In this document: piece by piece, positions 15,316 through 26,766 of the stretch
Layout of the letters: each line of letters opens with the position of its first letter
How positions within the stretch are numbered: the first letter of the stretch is position 1
Assembly (NCBI RefSeq): GCF_009914755.1
Contig: NC_060928.1
From: the human T2T-CHM13v2.0 reference genome, Homo sapiens
Length of the DNA stretch: 64,000 nucleotides
Direction: 5' to 3' (one strand)
Notes under the pieces: model-generated
Told to the model about the DNA's origin: nothing
Seen by the model: the letters and a program-made list of their open reading frames with translations, nothing else
Database searches by the model: none
Position numbers and translations under genes: made by a program

Positions 15316-15444
15316 GGCCAGGTGCAGTGACTCACGCCTGTAATCCCAGCTCTTTGGGAGGACAGGGCAGGAGAATTTAGTGAGTCCAGAAGTTCAACAC
15401 CAGCCTAGGCAACATGGCAAAAACGCATCTCTACCAAAAAAAAA
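15316..15444 (+). mobile_element. Alu left monomer (FLAM-like)
   Basis: ggccaggtgcagtgactcacgcctgtaatcccagc...ctctaccaaaaaaaaa, flanked by aaatatggg. Confidence 0.85.
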
Positions 15445-15507
15445 TTATGAAATATGGGAAGTTCCAGGGATATAATTTAAATGGATATCTATACGATATA
15501 TCTTGGG

Positions 15508-15814
15508 TTTTTTTTTTTTTTTTTTTTTTTTTTGAGACAAGGTCTTACTCGGTTGCCCAGGCTGTAGAGGAGTGGTGCAATCATGGCTCACTGAAGCCTC
15601 AACCTGGGCTCAATAAGTGATCCTCCCACCTCAGCCTCCACGTAGCTGGGACCACAGGTGCATGCCACTACACCCAGCTAATTTTTAAATTTTTTGTAGA
15701 GACGGGGTCTCACTTTGTTGCCCAGGCTGGTTTCAAACTCCTGGGCTCAAGCAATCTTCCAACTTCAGCCTCCCAAAGTGCTGGGATTCCAGGTGTGAGC
15801 CACCACACCCGGCC
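15508..15814 (-). mobile_element. AluJ
   Basis: Dimer with J-type ctcctgggctcaagc. Flanks gatatatctt. Confidence 0.9.
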
Positions 15815-15839
15815 TGATATATCTTAAAAATATGATTAA

Positions 15840-16317
<478 letters not shown>

Positions 16318-17145
16318 TAAGTGGGAGGAACCAACTTAACGATAGGTCCCAAGGTGCGGACAGTCTAGGAGCCCCTGTACATTGACAAGAAGGGTTTCTT
16401 TATTCAAACTGAGCACTAGAGCACTAGAGATCACTGCACACTTGGAGAGATGATAAAATCCCACCAAATCACCAGACTCCTCCATTTAAGGCTTTTTTTT
16501 GCTTTGTTTCTAATAGTCATTCAGTGTAGGTTATTAAATAAATGATATGGACTACAAGTATCATAGCAGTAAGTCATGTTTTAAAATTTCTATTAATGAA
16601 TAAATTCAGAAAGCAAAGCCCTTAGGTAAAAATAACTCAATAATAATAATTTAAAATAAATAGCATGCTTCGGTTTCCAAAGGATTTTCATACAGATCAA
16701 TCTCATGTCTTTTAGCATTATCCTTGGGTGGGATTAACTAAGGATGGATGTTATTATGCTCCTTGTACATATGCGGGAAGCAGGGCCTTGGGAGTGAGAC
16801 TGATGTATATCTTGTGGCTGGTGAGTGATAGAGAGAGTACCCATAGGACCACAGGGTTCTGACACCAGCCCACAGTCTTCCTACCACATCATGTATGTTC
16901 TAAATTCCAAGTCAGTTTCTACCTATAGCTGTAACTTCCCAGTTGATTTGCGAGCTGGTAGTCTTGTTGTTTCTTTCAGACACATGTAAAACTTCAAGAG
17001 TTTAAAATCAGTCCATGCCCTAAATTTGAATTGCAAAGGATGCTTAGACTAAATTACCTAGAGGTTCTGAGAGCCCTGGCAACCATCCCTTCCAGCACAA
17101 TTAATTAAAAATAATTTAAAGAGGTGAATATTTCATTAAACAGAC

Positions 17146-17381
17146 CTGGCTATTTTGGACATTTCTTTTCCATGAATAGTTCGAAGCACTGAACCATCCC
17201 CAACTCTTTTCTTTATCCAAAGTTCATAACCAATTTTACTGTACAGAATAAGCATCACCATAAGAGGCAGGAGGAAGAGGATGACAAGGATGAAGGTGGT
17301 GTAGATCTTCTGGTGCACAGGGCTGGTCCACTCTTCTAAGCAGCAGATGTGTTCCTTTTCATATAGGAAGTCATATTTGAT
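17146..17381 (-). CDS. QRFPR: QRFPR coding exon 4 (236 nt; IKYDFLYEKEHICCLEEW...KEMSKIAR, ECL2-TM5-ICL3)
   Basis: ORF 17136..17387(-) has TM5 FLLPL..LY. Acceptor is attatgaAG|ATC and donor is CAG|GTctgt. Confidence 0.96.
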
Positions 17382-18583
17382 CTTCATAATAAGAATAATT
17401 CATTAAAAGAACCAGTAGTCAGCATCAAAAAACAGAAATCAGCCAAGTATTATTGCAACACAACATTTTTTAAGTTCTTTCAAATTTGTCCCCAGCACGT
17501 ATTTCAAATGAGATACATTTTTAATTGTTCTTTTGTTGTGAAGCATAGTTTTTCCACTTCACTGCTTAAGTTCTTAAGAGTTTTATACCAGCTTTTCTAT
17601 TCTAAATGGAATTCAGGTCCATAGCCTGTTTACTTTCATTTATTGTCTTTCTCAACTTCTATTTCCACTAGTCACAAGTTTTCAATCGACTGAAAGAGCA
17701 CTATATTTGCCAAAGTATATACTGAAAAATATTTTGCAATACATGCTAGGTAGTCTAATATTAAATTATTTTGCTTCTTCAATTGTTGAGACAGATTTTT
17801 GACAAGGCATGAGACATCTTTCAATTGAAAAGTACTGAAAGCTGCGTTTTGTTACTGCTACTTCATATATTGCAATGATCAGATTGCTTAGAAAGATATT
17901 AAAGAGGCAACTGGCAGCTTTTATCCTGAGATGAATGAGAAATTGGGATTCAAACTATTGCCAATATACAAATATTCAGATTGTACCTGCTGGTTTATTC
18001 GTACTATTTCTGGTAGACTCATCTTATAAGCTCAAAAGTATTATTAACAACAATAATAAATAATAGAGAGTGCTTTAAGGGCTAGTTCAAGAACAAACTA
18101 AATATTTAAAGCATATTCAGAAGTCACTTTTTTGGGTAATAGGAATAAAAACGAGAATATTTATCAAAACCATTGTTATTTTAGTTACTGTGGAGCTGAA
18201 TACTTGGGTCTCAGACATATTTCTGCCTACATTCCCAGGAAATTTTATCACCAGTCTTCAATGTGAATTGAATGAGGGACAGCAACTTTTTGGTTACTCA
18301 TCAAAGGTAAGAAAATTCAAGTTCTGACCTAGGTGTTACTTACAGATGCAACTAGGAATAGCACTCACTGAAAAATAATCTCAAGATTCAAACTCTCTGG
18401 AAATAGGATGTTAAAATGAAATTCATTCCAACTCCATGGAAGCAAAGCATGCAAAGGCCAATGACCAGGGGGTATGGACTGACACATCTAAGAGCATGCT
18501 GAACTGGAAGTCTTGGATCAGGTTCACATAGCCCTAGGGACTACGGACTTCCTGACTTCAGCAAAGTCCTGACTGTGGACTTC

Positions 18584-19315
18584 AGCAAAGACTTCCTGAG
18601 GGTATGCTCAGATGGTTTTATGGAAAATTTCAGATCTTTGATCTTCAATTTCAGATCTTCTATTTCCAAACATACACTTCTCTAAAATTCCACTGCCTAA
18701 TATCGTCCCCAAGTTTGAAGTGTCACGCTGGGTCTAAATTCCCACTTCCTGTTTCATAATCACCCTTTTCCCAAGTTACAGAAATCACATCTCTCACCCA
18801 TAATGAATCTTACCACGGGGCACCAAAACAAGACATAATTCAATGACTGATGTCAGTGAAGCCACATTGATCAAGGCATCATAAACACATGGCAGGGCTT
18901 TGTGCTCTTCTCTCTCTTAAATATATTTCTATTCAGGGTAAAGCCTGGCAGAGAAAAAAAGGTATTTGACAGGTGTTGAGAAGTTGTGAATTCACATTTT
19001 TCATACAGTAAGGAGGCAGGAGCAATGACAATTTTAACCGTCTCGTTGCTTCTATCACTTGAAAATTGATAAATACATCACTCATGAGAGAGACCCCAGT
19101 ACAAGTGAAGCAGAGAGCGGCAGTGAGAAATGCTGAAGGCAGGGTGCTTTGTATCATCCCTGTGATAAGTTCACACTCACTGCAAGCTCAGGACGATATT
19201 AGGCAGTGGAATTTTCGAGAAGCGTACATTTGGGAATAGAAAATCTGAAATCGAAGAGTGAAGATCTGAAATTTTCCATAAAACCATCTGAGCATGGCCT
19301 CAGGAAGTCTTTGCT
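18584..19315. repeat. 125-bp inverted repeat (arms 18584-18708 and 19191-19315)
   Basis: Manual ungapped alignment gives 12 mismatches in 125 nt, with a 482-nt spacer. Confidence 0.92.
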
Positions 19316-21125
19316 TGTCCTAATAGAATTTAGGAGTGAGAAGGTAGCCATGGGATGCATATTAATACATTTGTTTAATCAGATGTTTTCCTGACAGGAA
19401 GCAACTTTGACTAGACTCATCTATTTGACAGTGAGGACTGGCTTTGCCAATGACATGACATGCATTTTCTACAAACACAATTAATTATGTATTTAAAAAA
19501 TATTTAGGGTATTTTTTAAACATATAAAAACACTTTTTCTATATTAAAACAAAATGTTTTTGTTTTATTTAAAAATGGATACATCTGTTTGTTTTCTATG
19601 GGCTAGAAATGGACCACACAATTTAGAACTAGAGTGAATCATTATGAAAAGGCTCCACCAGTCTGGGCTTCCCATTGGAGATAAGGGCAGCATCCTCAGA
19701 CAGGAGCTGGCATGATCCCTTGCCAGCCCGCTGGAGGTCTCAGTGCTGTTATCTTTGAGAAGTCCTGAAGCAAACAATCAGTCACAGGCAATACTGTCAC
19801 ACCTAGAGGGCATTGATTCCAGTGACATCTGCCCGCTTCCTCTCCCCATTTTCCTCATCAGCTTCTGATGAGAGAGAGGCAGCCAATTGTATGGGGGGTG
19901 GGGGGGGGTGGGGAGAGGAGTGGGGCAGGGGAGAGAAAAAGAAACACAAGGAGAGGAAACAGAGAAGAAACTGACCATAACTCCTTCACATTTCTAGGCC
20001 TGAAAACTATTCACACTGAGGGAAGGGAAAAATTATAAATTGATTAAATAAGAGTATGATTTATGTAATTGTATTACTGGACAGGACAGTTTAATAACAG
20101 AACTCACACTATTCTTCTGAGTGAAAGTAACCAGAGAAATTTTATTATCTGACTGGAAGAGTTGCTCAAGATTTTTTCATTCATGATATTTCACCAAGAG
20201 GACTAAAAAAGTCCTTAGATGCATTTTTCCAGGTAGCAAGGGATAAAATAAAATTACTTTCTGCTCTCACCTATGGAGTCCAGCTCATTCAATAAATTAG
20301 TTACATGAAAAAAATCGGGTTACTTTTTTAATGTTCTCTTATCTTAGGCTCATTTGTTATCCTTGAGGATGACATGACATGGACAGTAAAGTTTCACATT
20401 TGCCTATCTCTACTTTAAAAGGTAGAACGGGATAAATCATTTAAAACTTATCTTAGGGGGTATGTAAGCAACCCCCTACCGTCTTTGAAAACTCCTGTCT
20501 GGGTAGATCACCTATGCAAGACATGTTAAAGTCCACCCTAACAGACAGGCTGGGCTGTCTGAAACCAACTCAGCACTCTCCTTCCTGTGAAGCCCCACAC
20601 ATGGCTGGGCCTGTCTGACAAAGGTGTGGGGAAAGGAGAGAGGTTGATTAAGATGATCTCCTGATATGTTTCCAGTTAGAATTTCAATGTGTCAATGAAT
20701 AGGAGGCAGGTAAGAAAGGACTTCTGAGAGTCAACTAAGTAGATAATTTATTACAATTTTTTTTACGTGACTTAAAAATAAAAGAAAAACCTAGAGCAAT
20801 CATTCAACTCTTAAAATGTAAGAAAACATTTAGGGACACTGGGACAAGCATACTCAGCTTGCAGGAAAATGTAGAAACTGACCTGTGTATTTTTGAAAAA
20901 TTGTATTTTAAGCATTAGAGTCCTAACAATGTATCAGGAAGAGCTAGATAAAACAGAGAAAATGAACCTTAAAAAATCATTTTATTCCACTTAAAAGACC
21001 TCCAGTGGAATAGCTGAGGTCATACAAATTTGCTGTATTGCTCCTGCAGGAAGGAAAATAATTACAATTAAGAGGGGTGAGAAAATAGTTCAACAATATG
21101 ATTATCCATCTCAACTGGAGTCTAC

Positions 21126-21187
21126 CTCAAGTTGTTGCACGTGCCACATGGGTGATCCTACGATGACTGCCACCAGCCAGACCACAC
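21126..21187 (-). CDS. QRFPR: QRFPR coding exon 3 (62 nt; VVWLVAVIVGSPMWHVQQLE, TM4)
   Basis: Not in the ORF track; read manually. Acceptor is ttttacAG|GTGTGG and donor is GAG|GTagac. Phase 1 in and phase 0 out, consistent with exons 2 and 4. Confidence 0.95.
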
Positions 21188-21964
21188 CTGTAAAAGTGTT
21201 AAAGTCATGAGAGTATGACTCAGTTGGGTAAAACACATCCATGCATAATTATCTAACCCTCAAGATTCCCTATGAGAGGGCAGCTGTTCTCTGCCCTAGG
21301 GCAGTGCCATGGTCTCCCCCAAGTTTCATGCTTCCACTCTTTCACCATCCTCAAAACTGCTGCTGGAATAAACTTCCTAAAACAAGTTTTAAACATTTAA
21401 TAGTGTTTCACTGCCTACAAGATAAAACCCAGTTTCCTTAGCATGGCCCATGAGGTTCTCTACCATCTCAATTGCCTCTCTCTCCTCTTTCATTTCTGTC
21501 CATGCTCTTCACACCGCAGTCCTCTACTGAGGAGCCTGCAGTGCTGGTTTCAGTTTCCGTATCCCAGAATGCACTGCGCCACTCCCTGGCCACCCTATCC
21601 CCAGTGTCTATCTGTGGACTCATTTTCCAGGACTTGACTCAGAAATCACCTTCTCTAGGGAAACTTTGAAGGTCACTACTATTTCCAAATAAACTGACTA
21701 CTAATTCCTTGTTGTCTCTACATGCCCTCTAGTGCAGTGTCTTCGTTGCCCTTACTCACTTCTCAATTTCCTCCAAACTCCTTGAAAGCAAACACAATGC
21801 CATTTATTTTTGTGTTTCCTCAAATAAGAGTCCTAGGAAAATTCCTGGCCCTCTGTAGGAGCTGATCCATGTTGGTGGAATGGATGAATAACTTTTAAAC
21901 ATGACATAGACCACTCTCTGTCACCTCTTTTTAAAATCAAATGTACATTTATCTTAAGCACCAT

Positions 21965-22034
21965 AACATGGGCATCACATGTATACATATGTAACAAACC
22001 TGTACGTTGTGCACATGTACCCTAAAACTTAAAG
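21965..22034 (+). mobile_element. About 70-bp L1PA extreme 3' end with poly(A)
   Basis: cacatgtatacatatgtaacaaacctgtacgttgtgcacatgtaccctaaaacttaaagtataataataaaaaaaaaa. Confidence 0.85.
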
Positions 22035-22732
22035 TATAATAATAAAAAAAAAAGAAAACAAACACTGATAACTTCAGAAACCAAAATGCTCTTTCCAAAT
22101 TTCCTGTCTTCCATGAACTTGTTGAGAGGGATTGCTTTAATGATGTACTCTTAGAAAAGAAAAACAGGGATTAACTACCAAGAACAATTTCAACCCGTGT
22201 GCTTTAACAGACATGGAAGAGGACGGAACCAAGGGCCCCAACTTTGATTTGGGGGAAAAGTTTCCAGCTCGAACTCTGCTTGTTCTTTCTATATTGGGTG
22301 GAACATTAAGAAAACAGTTTATTGCTTTGGGTTTCAATGACTCAATTAAGCCATAATTGGGGTTTATTATAAAGAAACACATAATTTGGTGCTGCCTATA
22401 AAAATTCATCATGATCCAATGATACCTGGCAGCTGTAGGACTCACAAGTCTGTCTGTCTGGCTGTCTCTATTTCTCACTCGCTCTTTCTCTTTCTCTTTT
22501 CTGCCTCCCTATTACCATACACATCTGTTCTATTTTAATCACATATAGTTATCTTATGTCCAATCATTTTTCTGGGCTTTAGTACAAATTCTGGAGGAAT
22601 TGAGTCTAATTTTCATAGCTCATTGACTACCTTCCTGGATCCCTGGATGGTTCTGAGATAGAAGGGCTAGAGTTGGATGAACAATACTGACACAGTGACC
22701 ACATCTGGGCAAGAAAGCCTAGAGGACCTAGG

Positions 22733-22944
22733 CCAAGCTTGTCCAATCTGCATGTGGCCTAGGAAGGCTTCGGATGTGGCCCAACACAAATTTGTAAACT
22801 TTTAAAAAATATTATGAGATTTTTTTGCGATATATTTTTTAAGTCATCAGCAATCGTTAGTGTTAGTGTATTTTATGCGTAGCCCAAGGCAATTCTTCTT
22901 CTTCCAATATGGCCCAGGGAAGCGAAAAGATTTGACATCCCCTG
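22733..22944. mobile_element. MER30-like hAT MITE
   Basis: gtggcccaacacaaatttgtaaacttt... gcccagggaagcgaaaagatttgacatcccctg. Confidence 0.7.
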
Positions 22945-23973
22945 TCTAGGTCTAGGCAATCTCAGCTGGAAGGAGGAATGGGGCGTGACTGACAAACACT
23001 GACTGACAAGGCTGAATGACAGTGTGACAAAGCTACAGGAGACATTAGACCACAGTTCACAAAAGCCCCCATGGCGAGATGAGTCTAGTTGATTTTAAAA
23101 CCTTCTTGTTTCCTATGTCTCTTTTGAGTAGGAACTGCCTTGACTGCCTATTATCAACTATGCTTTGAGATGTTGTCACTCGCGCTACTTCTCTTTCCTT
23201 TTAAATAACTCCCCTCCTCCATGTAATCCTTTCCTTACTTGCTTTCCATCCCCACATGCTGTTTTCAGGAGTTCTGATGTTGGAAAGATGTCAATTATTA
23301 AAAGCCCAGAAATCTCTGAATTCTTAGTAGGAAAGATATGACATAAAATTAAAACTAACTAACTAAAACTAACACCTTTCTCCCCTAATGATTCAGCTAT
23401 TATTTTCAAGCTATTTAAAATGACTTTGGCATTGCAAAGCCTGCAGGGGTTCTTTCTGCAATTCCACAGCCCAATACTGGCTAAATTCTTACAGCAGAAA
23501 TAAATGTTTACTCATTCTTCTCAAGTGAGATATTAGTAAAAATTGCTTTATTTGATTATCACATTAGTTGCTTGCTACACCTCTGATTATTTGCTATATT
23601 AAATTCAAACTACTGTGAAGCACACTAAGGTTTTAAATGGCTCAATTATAATTACTGAATAGAGAAATGCTTCCATTTTACTGTGTTAGACTTTAGGGCA
23701 TTGCTTCAAATTTACCATTTATCATGAGGTATGTGTTCACTGTGACTTGCTGACTCAGGAACAATTACAGCAAGCTGACGATCCAGAAATGCCTAAAGGA
23801 AAAGTATGAAGTGGGTGGAATGTGCCTTTGCCAGGCATCCCCAGCACTCAGAACCCACTGTTCTCATGTACCCTGTCACTTTCTACCCTTGTGTACTCAC
23901 CACAAGGGCAGCAACCCTGTTCTCCACTTTTCTAAAACCACATTTCCTGCTCCCTATCATTATCAACCTGCCT

Positions 23974-24287
23974 GGCCAGGTGCAGTGGCTCACACCGGTA
24001 ATCCTAGCATGTTGGGAGGCCAAGGAGTACAAGGAGAGGCCAAGGGGGAATGGCTTGAGCCCAGGAGTTCAAGACCAGCCTGAGAAACATAGAGAGACCC
24101 TGTTGCTACCAAAAATAAAAAAAATTAGCTGGGTGTGGTGGTGGGCACATGTGGTCCCAGCTACTTGGGAGGCTGAGGTGGGAGGATCATTTGAGCTTGG
24201 GAGGCTGAGGCTGCAGTGAGTTGTGATCACACCACTGCACTCCAGCCTGGGCTACAGAATGAGACCCTATCTAAAAAAGAAAAAAAA
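23974..24287 (+). mobile_element. AluJ with small internal duplication
   Basis: Alu dimer with gaggccaagg repeated near 24017-24045. Flanks atc(a/g)acctgcc. Confidence 0.9.
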
Positions 24288-24346
24288 ATCGACCTGCCCT
24301 TGTTAGCTTGGCTTGGAGTCTTCTTATCTCAAGATGATAATTCCCA

Positions 24347-24437
24347 GCTGGGCATAGTGGCTCATGCCTGTAATCACAGCCCAGACTTTTGAGACCAGCC
24401 TGGGCAATGTAGTTGACACTCTGTCTCAAAAAAAAAA
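24347..24437 (+). mobile_element. Internally deleted Alu monomer
   Basis: Alu 5' end joined to gagaccagcctgggcaa...gtctcaaaaaaaa in about 90 nt. Confidence 0.75.
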
Positions 24438-24756
24438 GATAGTTCTCAATCTAATGAGTGTTAATGTGGCAATGCCACTGGTAGGTTATCTTAGATTAGC
24501 TGAACGTAGTGCTTAAACGTTTAAGATGTAAACTGAAAAAGTATACCCAAAATGATACATTTTCAGTTTTGAGGTCAGCCTAAAAGAGAGATGGTGTGGA
24601 GATGAAGGCAAACAGGGAAAGCACTGAAACTCTCAAATTATATTCCAATGCCTACAAGTTAGATAAGAAGCTACTCTTCTAGTTTAAAAATATGGTTCTC
24701 TATTCTGTAATGAAGAATGTCATTCACACTGCCATTGGCACATCCAGTGGCCTCAC

Positions 24757-24915
24757 CTAGCATTGTGAAAGCCCTTCGGTTGGTGTATTGCCACTTCATT
24801 TTAAAAGGATGCACAAGTCCCTGGTGCCTTTCCACAGCAATGCAGGTCATAGTGAGGATTTCTGTCACAACAGCGGTAGACTGGACAAATGGCACCATCT
24901 TGCAAATGAAAGCAC
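24757..24915 (-). CDS. QRFPR: QRFPR/GPR103 coding exon 2 (159 nt; GAFICKMVPFVQSTAVVTEILTMTCIAVERHQGLVHPFKMKWQYTNRRAFTMLG, TM3-ICL2)
   Basis: ORF 24671..24949(-) contains class-A GPCR TM3 with ERH at the DRY position. Acceptor is ttactgcAG|GT and donor is CTAG|GTgagg. Matches the recalled QRFPR protein. Confidence 0.97.
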
Positions 24916-25789
24916 CTGCAGTAAGGAAATAGGACAAATCATACATCAAAACAAAAAGAATAAAGGTTTCATCTGTGTCTTTGTAATTATCACTATCAGT
25001 CCATTCTGAGCCTCTGCCAAAAAATTTGATAATTGTAATTACTCTGTAGACACAAAATAATTGAAAAACATTGCATTGGTTTATCTTTCTCCCTCTAACT
25101 GAACTTTATGTTCCTAAATGCTATGCAATTATGTATAATAAGACAATGAAAGGACAAATCAGTATCTAGCCATAGAAACAGTGGAAAAAAAGCAATATGA
25201 CTTTTGCTTGGGGAAGAGCAAAGTCATTGTAAACTGGCCTCCTGGGCTCTACACTACAAAGTAATCTTTGATTGTCTCTTTTCTTTTGGCTTCCTGGCAA
25301 ATCACAACAAAGAATAGTTCTCATCAAAGACTCCCATATTTCTTCTTTTATCATTTATTCTCCTTTGACTCCCTGCCTAAGACTTTATATATGTATTACA
25401 CCATTACACACCAAACTGATTTTACTTTCTCTAATGCAACGGTCTCAAAGTGGTGGCCACTAGGCAAGTTTTGGCCTGAAAACATGCTTTATTTGGTTAC
25501 ACAATAGTTTAAAATATTTGAATGTATTGTCAATCTTTTAAAATGTTTATACTATCTGTCTGGCCTCTTTACCATTTGGATTTGTGAGTCTTGGTCTGGC
25601 ACCTCTGGTCTTGAACCCATGCTGCTTGCTGCTACCAAATTCATCATTCCCAGCTACAAGAGAATCATAAACTCAGGGAATGTGAAGTTGGAAGACTCAT
25701 CAGAGGTTATCTAGTTCTAGTTTATACCAAAAGCAGAAATTCTCTCTTCAACTTCTCTCTGAAATGCTCTGCCAAGCTCTGCTTAAATA

Positions 25790-26125
25790 CAGGTTGAACA
25801 TTTCTAATCCCAAAACCTGAAATCTGAAATGATCTAAAACCCAAAGCTTTTTTGAGTGCTGATATGATGCCACAAGTAGAAAATTCCGCATCTTCCCTCA
25901 TGTGACAAATCACAGTCAAAACACACAAAATCATTTAATATATTGTATATAACTACCTTAAGGCTACGTGTGTAAGGTATATAAGAAGCATAAATGAATT
26001 TCATGTGTAGACTTCGGTCTCATTGCCAAGATACCTCATTATGTCTGTACAAATATTCCAACATCCCAAAAAATCTGAAATCTGAAACACCTCTGGTCTC
26101 AAGCATTTCAGAGACGGAATACTCC
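25790..26125. mobile_element. Tigger4a/MER46-like DNA transposon
   Basis: ta|caggttgaacatttctaatcccaaaacctgaaatctgaaatg... aaaatctgaaatctgaaacacctctggtctcaagcatttc. Confidence 0.7.
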
Positions 26126-26249
26126 ATGGGAATACTCCTTGCTTTCACAGCCCCGCTTCAGGTCTTTTCATGGCTTTTTCTGCTCCTTGGAATGCTCTTC
26201 CCTGAGATCACTACCCCACATCCTTCCCTGAAGTCTGCTCAAATGTCAC

Positions 26250-26766
26250 TGTGATGGTTAACTCTATGTGTCCAGTGGACTGGCTTAAGGAATACCCAGA
26301 TAGCTAGCAAAATGTACTTCTGGATATGCCTGCGAGGGTGTTTCCAGAAGAGATGAGCATTTGAATCAGTAGAAGACAGGAGAAGATCCTTCCTTCCTAG
26401 TGTGGTTGGGCAGCGTCCAATCCACTGAAGGCGCGAATAGAACACAAAGGCACAGGAAGGGTGAATTTGCTCTCTGCTGAAACTGGAACTTGCACTTTCT
26501 CCTGCCCTTTGACATCAATGCTCCTGGTTCCCACACCTTCTGACTCAGACTGGGACCTACACCAACAACTCCCTGGGTTCTCAGGCCTGCAAGCTTGAAC
26601 TGGATCTCCACCACTGGCTTTCCTGGGCATCTAGGTGGCAGATAGTGGATCATGGAACTTCCCAGTGTCTGCAGTTGAGTGAGCCAATCCCTCATAATTA
26701 ATCTCTCCTAAATATCTCTAAAATATCTTATTGGTTCTGTTTCTCTGTAGAACCCTGACTAATGCA
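26250..26766 (+). mobile_element. MLT2-family ERVL solo LTR with 5-bp TSD
   Basis: tgtgatggttaa...gaaccctgactaatgca. TSD gtcac at 26245-26249 and 26767-26771. Sits in L2-like sequence. Confidence 0.88.
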
